Virus record (IMG/VR): IMGVR_UViG_3300037067_009442
Coordinates: 1-64,000 of that record
DNA: 64,000 nt
DNA from: a virus
Taxonomy: Duplodnaviria; Heunggongvirae; Uroviricota; Caudoviricetes
Strand: one strand, 5' to 3'
In this document: in pieces, positions 55,240-63,435 of the stretch
Numbering within the stretch: position 1 is the first letter of the stretch
Layout of the letters: each line of letters begins with the position of its first letter
Program-made: the position numbers and the translations under genes
Notes under the pieces: generated by a model
The model's database searches: none
What the model saw: only the letters and a program-made list of their open reading frames with translations
Told to the model about the DNA's origin: nothing

Positions 55240-55886
55240 TGGAAGAGGTTGAAGAGTTCTGGGAGGGTCTTCGCCCTGCTCCTCCCCCACCACCTACTCG
55301 AGAGGTCATTCGGGATGTAATAGCTGCTACTATGCGGGTGCATCTTCAGCCTCTAGTGGGTTCTCTTGCCACTGGGATGGAAGATATTTCTGTTGAAGTA
55401 CCTATTGATGTGTATCAACAGTTCATATTAGATGGGCATCATAATGCAGTGTCCATGGGATGTGCGGTTCACCAAGCAATAGAGGATCACTTTAATAGAG
55501 TAGAGGTGAGCTCACAGGTCACTGGGGCTTCGGTTGGTATCGTTAGCACCCATAACGCAGCAGAGAGTCCACTCATTGCCCCTGGGTTGACTCTAGAGGC
55601 AGCTAGGGAACTAGTCCACTCTGGATCGATCTTCCCTACTCGTACGGAAGAGGATCCCTCTACTGCTGTACCTCAAGTCATAGATAGGCTCAATGCGACA
55701 AATGTAGCTCAGTTGGAGCGAGCCTTTGATGAACTTGGGATCCCTACTCACATTGAGTTTCAACGGGCTGTAGGACATGGTGAGCTGGGTCTACTTCAGA
55801 TTGACTTACTCGGCCGCCAACCCCCTGGGACAGGCGTCGAGAACGTCAGTAACGGCACCAGGATCAACATTCGAATCCCTGAATGA
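55236..55886 (+). CDS. hypothetical protein with N-terminal EEVEEFW tag
   Basis: MEEVEEFWEGLRPAPPP. Confidence 0.75.
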   Translation: MMEEVEEFWEGLRPAPPPPPTREVIRDVIAATMRVHLQPLVGSLATGMEDISVEVPIDVYQQFILDGHHNAVSMGCAVHQAIEDHFNRVEVSSQVTGASVGIVSTHNAAESPLIAPGLTLEAARELVHSGSIFPTRTEEDPSTAVPQVIDRLNATNVAQLERAFDELGIPTHIEFQRAVGHGELGLLQIDLLGRQPPGTGVENVSNGTRINIRIPE

Positions 55887-56591
55887 AGCTAGCTTCGACA
55901 TAGCCTTATTGTATGCCCTGCGGCTATTAGTAACTCCCAACCTCAACTTCATCATTGTCTTGTAGTCATCTCGAGGTTGACGAGCTTTTGTCTCACGACC
56001 TGGGTGAACCCAATCGAAGCTAGCTACTTGCTGACTCTTATCCCTACTGGTTTGAAGATCACCCGCTTTTTCACCAAACCCTCGAAGATAGATGTTCCAA
56101 GTCGGATGAAACATCTTGATAAGGTTATCCTCAGCGAAAGTGATCCAATTGGCTTGGATACAAATGAAACGAAAGGTGAAGTTCTCCAAACCAAGGTTAG
56201 TCAAACTAAGAGTACTTGAGTGTTCCATGAGTCTAGAGGAGATAGCAACCTCACCGACCTGCCTAGTTGCCTTACCAATGTAGATAGGGCAGGTTGACCC
56301 TGGTGACTTGATACCAGAGTAAGCGGGAAAGTCACCTTGATAGTAGATGGCATAAATCCCTTTCCCAACGAAAGGGGTCATCCCGACAAAGGGGTGAGGG
56401 CCATTACTAAGGAAGTTGTTAGCTAGGCGTAGGATCATCTGCTCTTCTTCCCTGGGAGTCATCATTGGGTGGAACTGGGTATGGGCATACGAAGTTGGGA
56501 CAGGCAAAGCCACCTCTTCTTCAATGATCCATTGATCAGTGAAGTCATGAATTGAACGGAGAAGATCTTCAGGATCGTCATCTTCGAGCAT
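55806..56591 (-). CDS. Eco29kI-family GIY-YIG endonuclease
   Basis: GIYAIYY.GDF.AY, PIYIGKA, RL.EH, E..LI..F.P.WN..L.GFG. Confidence 0.85.
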   Translation of the reverse strand: MLEDDDPEDLLRSIHDFTDQWIIEEEVALPVPTSYAHTQFHPMMTPREEEQMILRLANNFLSNGPHPFVGMTPFVGKGIYAIYYQGDFPAYSGIKSPGSTCPIYIGKATRQVGEVAISSRLMEHSSTLSLTNLGLENFTFRFICIQANWITFAEDNLIKMFHPTWNIYLRGFGEKAGDLQTSRDKSQQVASFDWVHPGRETKARQPRDDYKTMMKLRLGVTNSRRAYNKAMSKLASFRDSNVDPGAVTDVLDACPRGLAAE

Positions 56592-56651
56592 GTGTCAGAT
56601 CATTTACACCAAACCTCATGGATAAAGTACCTTTACTCATGACTCAGTGAG

Positions 56652-57842
56652 ATGACTATTCGTGACCCCTGGAAGGTGGAAGCCCAGACTCAAGCACCCA
56701 AAGCCGAACCTCACCGGTGGTTCCAGCGAATGGCTACTGATTGGTCAAAGAACAAGCAACCTGACCTAGGGCAGTACGCAAGTCACACGACCCCGTCCCA
56801 GTGGCTGGGACATACCTTGATGAAAGAAGCTATCGAAGGTGGGCCGTCCGTCCACGAAATAGCTATTGAGGGTGACTTTGCCATAAACCCTCTGAAGGTC
56901 CTTGATCGCATTGAGACGATGTGGCAGCTCCGCCCTATCTATCAGGTTCACGGTCACTCTGTGACCCTGATGTACTCAGGTACGGATCTCATGCTATCCG
57001 TGACCATCAATCAATTGAGTAACTCGGGGAACATCAACTTGGTCACCACTGACCAAAACAAGATCAAGATACTCAACAAGCTGGGGGAGGCCTTCTTCGC
57101 TCCAGAGAACCCTCTTGATGGGTTCATTTATGCTCTAGCCAAGGCCCCTATGGGTGGCTACACCTTGGTCAAAGTAGGATCCGCAGGGGAGCCTATTGAA
57201 CGAGGAAACTACTCTGAAGAGGTGATTACAGACTACGATCACATTGTGGCGGATCTGAAGACTGCCAACCCCTGTGGTCGACTCATCATCCTAGCTGGGC
57301 CACCTGGATCAGGTAAGACGTTCCTGGTTCGATCTCTCCTCCAAGAGATCCCAAGGGCTGCCTTCGTCCTAGTACCTGCTCACCTGGTCCAAGACTTGGG
57401 TTCACCTGAGCTCCTACCTGCTCTTGTACAGGTCAGGAGGGATGGCCTCAGTGGGGCTATCGTGCTGGTCATTGAGGACGCGGACAAGGTACTGGTCGAG
57501 AGGAAGAGTGGGGACATGAATGCCATCTCGGCCCTACTGAACCTCGGGGACGGAATTCTCGGTAGCTCCCTTGACGTAAGGATCCTTGCCACGACCAATG
57601 CTAGTGGACTAGAGATGGATGCGGCTACTCGAAGACCCGGACGCCTCTGTCGATACATCGAGGTTGGATCTCTATCTGCAGACCAAGCTTCCAAGGTGAT
57701 CCAGAGGGTTACGAGGAAGTCCTTCACCTTCAAAGAGGACGCCACCCTTGCAGAGATCTACCGTAAGGCTCGTGATCTTGGGTGGGTCCCACCACCCAAG
57801 AAGAGCTCAGATCCGGTTACCAAGGGCTTGGCAGTTCTCTAG
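56652..57842 (+). CDS. AAA+ ATPase
   Basis: GPPGSGKT, IEDAD, TTN, RRPGR. Confidence 0.9.
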   Translation: MTIRDPWKVEAQTQAPKAEPHRWFQRMATDWSKNKQPDLGQYASHTTPSQWLGHTLMKEAIEGGPSVHEIAIEGDFAINPLKVLDRIETMWQLRPIYQVHGHSVTLMYSGTDLMLSVTINQLSNSGNINLVTTDQNKIKILNKLGEAFFAPENPLDGFIYALAKAPMGGYTLVKVGSAGEPIERGNYSEEVITDYDHIVADLKTANPCGRLIILAGPPGSGKTFLVRSLLQEIPRAAFVLVPAHLVQDLGSPELLPALVQVRRDGLSGAIVLVIEDADKVLVERKSGDMNAISALLNLGDGILGSSLDVRILATTNASGLEMDAATRRPGRLCRYIEVGSLSADQASKVIQRVTRKSFTFKEDATLAEIYRKARDLGWVPPPKKSSDPVTKGLAVL

Positions 57843-57890
57843 CTAATACCCTTGACTAGTTACTCCCTTTCATCTAGGGATCCTGAACCT

Positions 57891-58205
57891 ATGGCACCAG
57901 AGATAGTCACCGACCTCAACTTCGAGGAAGAGGTCCTGAACTCCCCGATTCCTGTACTCGTGACCTTCACAGCCACTTGGTGTGGTCCCTGTAGAGCCCT
58001 TGCTCCCCTTATAGGTCAATTAGCCGTTGAGTTGGAGGGTAAGGTCAAGGTTGTCAAGGTAGACATCAATGAGTCACCTGCGACCTCCGAAAGGTATGAG
58101 GTTAAGGGGGTTCCAAACATTCAAGTATTCAAGGGCGGTAGTAGATCCGCACAGCACGTGGGGATCACAACGAAGAAGCACTTACTCGAGTTAGTAGGTC
58201 AGTAG
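57891..58205 (+). CDS. trxA: thioredoxin
   Basis: F.ATWCGPC, KVD, cis-Pro GVP. Confidence 0.92.
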   Translation: MAPEIVTDLNFEEEVLNSPIPVLVTFTATWCGPCRALAPLIGQLAVELEGKVKVVKVDINESPATSERYEVKGVPNIQVFKGGSRSAQHVGITTKKHLLELVGQ

Positions 58206-58229
58206 CCCCCAGACGGTGTAATACCTGTA

Positions 58230-58403
58230 ATGAAATGCCTATTGCTTTCCTTAGTGCTGCTTGGGCATAACCCAGATAAGTGCCTACCTCACTGTGACTC
58301 GACAGTGAAGTCTTGTAGGGCTTCGTGTGCATCAAAGACCTGGGATGAATGCCATGAGAAGTGTGAACGGGTAGGTCGAGAATGTAGAGATGAGTGCCCT
58401 TAG
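58230..58403 (+). CDS. 57-aa Cys-rich peptide with signal-like N-terminus (not in ORF track)
   Basis: GGTGTA box 9 nt upstream; CX3CX6CX3C twice. Confidence 0.7.
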   Translation: MKCLLLSLVLLGHNPDKCLPHCDSTVKSCRASCASKTWDECHEKCERVGRECRDECP

Positions 58404-58705
58404 ATCACGTCCTCACGTTCGAATCTAGTGGGGCGGGGGCCTGCATAACTCACTACCCGGTGATCAAACTGAGAACAAGGCATTGGTTGGAAGGGACTAT
58501 GTACAACGTATAACCCCTCACTACTGTTCTTTCGGATCAAATTGAGCCCAAGCTCCACTCCTGAAGCACAGCGGACTCGATAGTGTATAAGCAATCGGCC
58601 AATGGTCCTTTGTGCCTCTTCTGTCGTTTGGTAGCTTTTATCCTGATACTGGCGCCTGCTAGGGCAGTGCTGACAGTCCTCGCAGGTTAGGGCATCAGGG
58701 GGCAT
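58400..58705 (-). CDS. Cys-rich protein with C-terminal PTRFER tag
   Basis: CEDCQHC; ends PRPTRFEREDVI. Confidence 0.75.
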   Translation of the reverse strand: MPPDALTCEDCQHCPSRRQYQDKSYQTTEEAQRTIGRLLIHYRVRCASGVELGLNLIRKNSSEGLYVVHSPFQPMPCSQFDHRVVSYAGPRPTRFEREDVI

Positions 58706-59618
58706 CAGCCTTCACTTTTGGTTGAAATACCCGCCGACCATCCTCAGTGAGGGCCCATGTGTTCGTTACCTCGTGAAACATTGAGGGGTTAGCCATGAGA
58801 AGGAGTGCCTGAGCTAGCATCTGGTCATGAATGGGTACATGAGTCTTGGTTACGATGCAATACTCGAAGGTATCCCTTCCGTCTTCAACACGGAAGACAT
58901 TATGTTGAAATTTGTCGATGATGCGGTAGAGAAATCCGTCTGCCCCTCTGACATGGAAATACCTACTGGCCTCAAGTTCCTCTTTCTGCTCATCATTGAG
59001 GTGGGCTAGGAGGATGGTACGAGCTCGAGCTTGTACTTGAGTGCGGCGTTCCTCCGCCTTCTGCCTCTCCTCATTGATATGAGTTAGGCTCGGTACTAGA
59101 CCAGGTATGGTTCGGTCATACTCCCTACCGGCGAAAGATAGGCAGCTGTGCTCGATAATCCGGATAGGGTCCTGCCCCTCAAGATCAATACCTCGATGAG
59201 CCCCCTCAACGAAGACTAAGCCCCCATTGAATAGGACCCCATGACGGTCAAGAACTTGACCATTATCGGAGTCAAGAAACCCATCAAAGTTATCCCATCG
59301 ACAAGAAGACCGAACGACAAGGATCAGGGTCCCATCTTCATCCAGGAGCTCTCTACCAGCCTCTATCTCATCAGGGGTCTGTGTAGCCCTTGATTCCAAA
59401 CGAGCTCGCCTAAGGGACTCCAGACGACCTGGGAGGGCATCCACTAGGAGGGTTAGAGGCTCATCAATATCGAGATTGACGCAAGTCTTCCTCATCCCGT
59501 CCCTAGGTTCCCAATGGCCCTTTAGGGTTGGGTCCCACATATAAATATGGGGTACCTCAAACTCGAATACGGGGATCTGCCCGTCACCTAGTCGTTCAAT
59601 GAGTAAGTGAGTGCTCAT
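58695..59618 (-). CDS. hypothetical protein coupled to GG-ending protein
   Basis: C-terminal F.VRG.DG..YRI...YC...P..DQMLAQ.L.L. Confidence 0.75.
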   Translation of the reverse strand: MSTHLLIERLGDGQIPVFEFEVPHIYMWDPTLKGHWEPRDGMRKTCVNLDIDEPLTLLVDALPGRLESLRRARLESRATQTPDEIEAGRELLDEDGTLILVVRSSCRWDNFDGFLDSDNGQVLDRHGVLFNGGLVFVEGAHRGIDLEGQDPIRIIEHSCLSFAGREYDRTIPGLVPSLTHINEERQKAEERRTQVQARARTILLAHLNDEQKEELEASRYFHVRGADGFLYRIIDKFQHNVFRVEDGRDTFEYCIVTKTHVPIHDQMLAQALLLMANPSMFHEVTNTWALTEDGRRVFQPKVKADAP

Positions 59619-59944
59619 CCCCCGGCCATCTGAGGAGACACTACGTAGTCTCCCTTGGGGTCAAAGTCTCGAACCATCTCCGGTGCCGTGTAGAGGTAGC
59701 CGCCCGCTTTCGGACTGAACTCCTTGACAGGTTGGCCTTTAGTTCCACCCAATCGAGTTATCTTGAAGACCAGGAAGCCTTTTCCTCGAAGGGTATCGAA
59801 GTGCTCCTTGGCGGCGTCGCATTCGATCGGATTGTTTCGGTTCCACGTGTACTTCGTGTCACCGTTATGATCCAAGTGGGCGATACTGCCGGTATCCATT
59901 GTGCAGTCTTCTAGGGATTCAACAAGGCTTGGGGTCTGTTCCAT
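59615..59944 (-). CDS. small protein ending in di-glycine
   Basis: Ends SPQMAGG; GGTGTA box 9 nt upstream. Confidence 0.8.
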   Translation of the reverse strand: MEQTPSLVESLEDCTMDTGSIAHLDHNGDTKYTWNRNNPIECDAAKEHFDTLRGKGFLVFKITRLGGTKGQPVKEFSPKAGGYLYTAPEMVRDFDPKGDYVVSPQMAGG

Positions 59945-60023
59945 GGGTAAACCTACACCGAAAGAAGGTCTTTGGTCAATGAGAGACTAGGGTAGTTAAT
60001 TCTCCTATGCTTTGATAAGAATC

Positions 60024-60338
60024 ATGCCAGCCAAGATCGCTACTGCCGAAGACATTCAGAATGAGATCCGAACTCTTTGGGCAATGACCGAAGAGGAAGT
60101 CCCTAGTCGGGAGAAGTTGGCGGCAGCCCTCAATGATCTTGCAAGTAGGGTTGCGGGTAACCGAAGTGAACTCTCAAAGTGCTTGGATGATATTGCTGAC
60201 ACCGCTAGTAGTGCTTCTCGTAGTGCTAAGAATCCCAAGCATGGTAAGAAGTTGGTTGAGAGTGCCATCTATACCATGAAGGATTCTATCAGGCAGTTAG
60301 AGGGGCTCGTAAGCAGTACTGATTGGGAAACTGCTTAG
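60024..60338 (+). CDS. helical hypothetical protein
   Basis: MPAKIA... ORF. Confidence 0.65.
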   Translation: MPAKIATAEDIQNEIRTLWAMTEEEVPSREKLAAALNDLASRVAGNRSELSKCLDDIADTASSASRSAKNPKHGKKLVESAIYTMKDSIRQLEGLVSSTDWETA

Positions 60339-60694
60339 TACCGGAAGAGCCTACTCTCTTCAAAGATCTGCCCCTCCTCGAAGGGCGGGTCTTGGTCTGA
60401 CAGGACTAAGAGACTGTCGTTGGGGATATCTTCCGAAACTCCGATACCCGCCCCCCAAATATCTCCTTTACTATTAGGGTCCCCACCTTCAAGGATTCGT
60501 TCAAACCTAGTGGGTCGGTAGAGGCGGAGGTTATCAAAATTACTCCACACTTGCGTGTAAGTGCGGTTATTCATCCACACTTTAACTACCATGGACCCTT
60601 CACTTTCTACTTGAGCAAAGGCATCACAGAGAATGGTTCCAGTGATCATACCGAGACCGGAGGAGCTTCGGGGGCAGTAATCCCAAACTTCCAC
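60335..60694 (-). CDS. hypothetical protein with internal PTRFER motif
   Basis: LYRPTRFERILEG. Confidence 0.65.
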   Translation of the reverse strand: MEVWDYCPRSSSGLGMITGTILCDAFAQVESEGSMVVKVWMNNRTYTQVWSNFDNLRLYRPTRFERILEGGDPNSKGDIWGAGIGVSEDIPNDSLLVLSDQDPPFEEGQIFEESRLFRY

Positions 60695-60900
60695 ATCCGA
60701 TCCTCGAAGTCGTAGATCGTTACCGATACGCTCTCACCTGGGTGGTTTCGGAAAGCCCAAGCCTCAATTTGATGGAAGTACCATCTTGGAGGCTTAGGTT
60801 CCCTGACCGTCAGTATAGACAGCTTCTGAGGAGTGATCCCCACGCTGAGCTCGATGGATGGCTTCTGCCCCTCGATTAAGTGCATGATGATTTCAATCAT
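60646..60900 (-). CDS. hypothetical protein
   Basis: Coupled ORF. Confidence 0.55.
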   Translation of the reverse strand: MIEIIMHLIEGQKPSIELSVGITPQKLSILTVREPKPPRWYFHQIEAWAFRNHPGESVSVTIYDFEDRMWKFGITAPEAPPVSV

Positions 60901-61145
60901 CTCTTACTCCACACCTTCTCAATAAGCCGACGACACCACCCCTTACCACTTCCATTGCAGGAAGGGCACCCTATGCAAACACCGCCTAGGAAGTTACCGT
61001 AGTGTCCATAACCCCTGCAACGACGACATCTGCCCCAACTCTCACGATCAAGTAGGCCCCTCCAACCCGTTGGTGACTTCCACCAACCAACTTGGAAGTC
61101 ATCTTTTAGGTGCATGGTGACTTCACTTACGGGTAACCCAAGCAT
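60897..61145 (-). CDS. DnaJ-type zinc-finger protein
   Basis: CRRCRGYG...CPSCNGSG. Confidence 0.7.
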   Translation of the reverse strand: MLGLPVSEVTMHLKDDFQVGWWKSPTGWRGLLDRESWGRCRRCRGYGHYGNFLGGVCIGCPSCNGSGKGWCRRLIEKVWSKR

Positions 61146-61277
61146 GCATCAACCTATGACCTATAGCACCGCCCAGAAGAGCTAATACCATACCCTTAGG
61201 TCCGGCGGTGAGGTAACCTATTGACCCGTAGACGATGAACCTTACGTAGGTGGCTGGAGTCGAGAACCAAGTTGAGT

Positions 61278-61604
61278 TCATCCGGTGTGTACTTCTCGTA
61301 GGCTCTGTGGGTTCAACTTATAGGTAGCTAGGATAGGGACCATGGACTTAATGACTCGCTTCGCCAGTGGGGTGAAGTCAGAGTGAGCCCTTTCAAGGTC
61401 ATGAGCAGAATTGAGACACTCAATGGCAGCCTCGAGGTTTTCAGTATCAACAAATTCGATGGCCTTATCCACACAAGTAACCCACTGCCTCCATGTTTCA
61501 ATGTGTCCCAATTGACGCCATTGAATGCACCCAAGAGTACGACTCATGGATAGCATTACATGGACCTCTTCTCCAACTGTCCGAGGTGGATCAAATGGTG
61601 CCAT
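61278..61604 (-). CDS. hypothetical protein
   Basis: Packed ORF. Confidence 0.6.
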   Translation of the reverse strand: MAPFDPPRTVGEEVHVMLSMSRTLGCIQWRQLGHIETWRQWVTCVDKAIEFVDTENLEAAIECLNSAHDLERAHSDFTPLAKRVIKSMVPILATYKLNPQSLREVHTG

Positions 61605-61747
61605 TATGCAGATCCCTCAGGGGTTTCCCTCGAGTTACGGACCTGATGGTACTTCCCTCGTACCCACTGGAAAACTGGCTTCAGGAAAGGCAATCCAAGG
61701 GCCAAGTAAAGAGGGAAGTCATGGAAAGGGTTACCACAGAAGTGCAT
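61604..61747 (-). CDS. 47-aa peptide (not in ORF track)
   Basis: GGTGTA box 9 nt upstream; TAATG coupling to the next gene. Confidence 0.55.
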   Translation of the reverse strand: MHFCGNPFHDFPLYLALGLPFLKPVFQWVRGKYHQVRNSRETPEGSA

Positions 61748-61755
61748 GAGTTTTC

Positions 61756-62697
61756 TTACACCGATCCCTTGGCAAGCATGTCTCGGTAGAGTGGGCCAAG
61801 AACCCTAGAGACATTCCCCTTGATGGATTGCTCATTGAGACTGAGTTCAGTCCACTCTCGCTGACAATCCTTAGCAAGGTCAGCGATGATTGCGGTGAGG
61901 ATACAGGGCATGTCCTTCATGGTACCGGTGAGAGCAGTACCACGATCAGTGAGTCGACCGATAGCATTGATGACTCGGCCCTCGGTAACGTACATAGCAA
62001 CGAAGTCATCCACCGGTGAAGGCCCTCGCTCAACCTTCTCCTTAGGGGCAGTAGCCTTCTCAGCAAACTTGGCAGACTTATGCTTGCAAATGAGCCAATC
62101 GCCAAATACATCTCGGAAGAGAGGGGTGGACTGGATTACAACGCCTTCGGCGATGTTGTCCTCTCCAAACCCATTGAGAAGGCCTTCGGTACTGGGCTTC
62201 TCCAAAAGAGCATCAAAGTTGGCCTTAGTTGGTTCACCTCGCCACACCTCATGAACTCGAGGTAGCTTCATCTTGTCAGCTACATCACAGAAGAGATCAT
62301 AGGTGAGGAAGTTTGGACCCGGCATGATTCCGAAGGTCCGAAAGAGGGGAGTCTGCCCGTTGCTGTATCGAACCCCCTTGGCTTTGATGCCGGGTCCGTA
62401 TGCCTCCCCGAACACCGTAGTGTCGTTGAAGCCATAGGACAACAGCGTCTCCATCATGGTACCTAGGAGCTCCTCTTGCCCTCGGAACCAGTTGAGCATA
62501 CTGCCTAGAGGGAAGTCCTGCCCGGTGCCATACTCGACTTCTCGAGTGCCAAATCCGATTTCACTGATCTTCTTGATCCCAAGTGGGAAGAAAAGCCTGA
62601 AATTGCTGCCGTGGAGCTTCTCGGTAGCCACGACCTCCTTGACGGCATAGATGGAGGGGCAGTCTTCAAGTTGGACGATTGACGGGTACTTTTGCAT
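61756..62697 (-). CDS. RNA ligase (Rnl2-like)
   Basis: Motif I TEKLHGSNF, VFGE, EGVV, K.K...F.E. Confidence 0.88.
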   Translation of the reverse strand: MQKYPSIVQLEDCPSIYAVKEVVATEKLHGSNFRLFFPLGIKKISEIGFGTREVEYGTGQDFPLGSMLNWFRGQEELLGTMMETLLSYGFNDTTVFGEAYGPGIKAKGVRYSNGQTPLFRTFGIMPGPNFLTYDLFCDVADKMKLPRVHEVWRGEPTKANFDALLEKPSTEGLLNGFGEDNIAEGVVIQSTPLFRDVFGDWLICKHKSAKFAEKATAPKEKVERGPSPVDDFVAMYVTEGRVINAIGRLTDRGTALTGTMKDMPCILTAIIADLAKDCQREWTELSLNEQSIKGNVSRVLGPLYRDMLAKGSV

Positions 62698-62700
62698 GGT

Positions 62701-63435
62701 CTACTTGGAACAGATCGTACAAGAAGGGTCTTTAGTCAAGCGCATTGTATGAGTGGTCATCTCGAGGGCATCAAAGATCAGCATGCGACCTACTAAAGGG
62801 TCCCCAAATCCATGTAGGACCTTGAGAGCCTCAGTTGCTTGGATGGCTCCAATGATGCCCGGGACGGTACCGAGGACCCCTCGAAGGGGCCTCTTCTTTT
62901 CTGGAGGCTCATTTGGATAGAGGCATCGATAGCAAGGACTCCCTCTGAAGACAGTGACCTGCCCATCCAGAGATCCCGCAGCCCCATGAACGAGAGGGAT
63001 CTTTCGGGCCATGCATTCATCATTGAGGAGGTACCGGGTCGGGTAGTTGTCACAGCAATCAATAACTACATCCCATTCAACCTCATCAAAGATCCGATCC
63101 TTAGAGGTGGCGTCCAACATCACCGGGTATCTTCGGTACAATGGGTCGGGGTTGAGTCGACAGAGCCGATCCAAAGCTTGGCTGACCTTATGCTGACCAA
63201 TGCCAATGGTCGAGTAGAGGACCTGCCTCTGAAGGTTGGACAGGCTGACCTCATCGTGGTCAACAAGACCTAGTGTTCCTACCCCCTGAGCGGCTAGGTA
63301 GAGTGCCACTGGGGACCCTAGGCCACCAACCCCTACGATGAGGACTCGGCTCCTGAGGAGCTTCTCTTGGCCCTCCTGACCTATCTCATCTAGGAGCAGG
63401 TTCCGTTCGTACCGGGTGACTTGTTCAGGGGTCAT
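62701..63435 (-). CDS. ThiF/MoeB/HesA-family E1-like adenylyltransferase
   Basis: RY.R, GVGGLGS, D.D.V.LSNLQRQ, CYRCL, CTIC. Confidence 0.93.
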   Translation of the reverse strand: MTPEQVTRYERNLLLDEIGQEGQEKLLRSRVLIVGVGGLGSPVALYLAAQGVGTLGLVDHDEVSLSNLQRQVLYSTIGIGQHKVSQALDRLCRLNPDPLYRRYPVMLDATSKDRIFDEVEWDVVIDCCDNYPTRYLLNDECMARKIPLVHGAAGSLDGQVTVFRGSPCYRCLYPNEPPEKKRPLRGVLGTVPGIIGAIQATEALKVLHGFGDPLVGRMLIFDALEMTTHTMRLTKDPSCTICSK

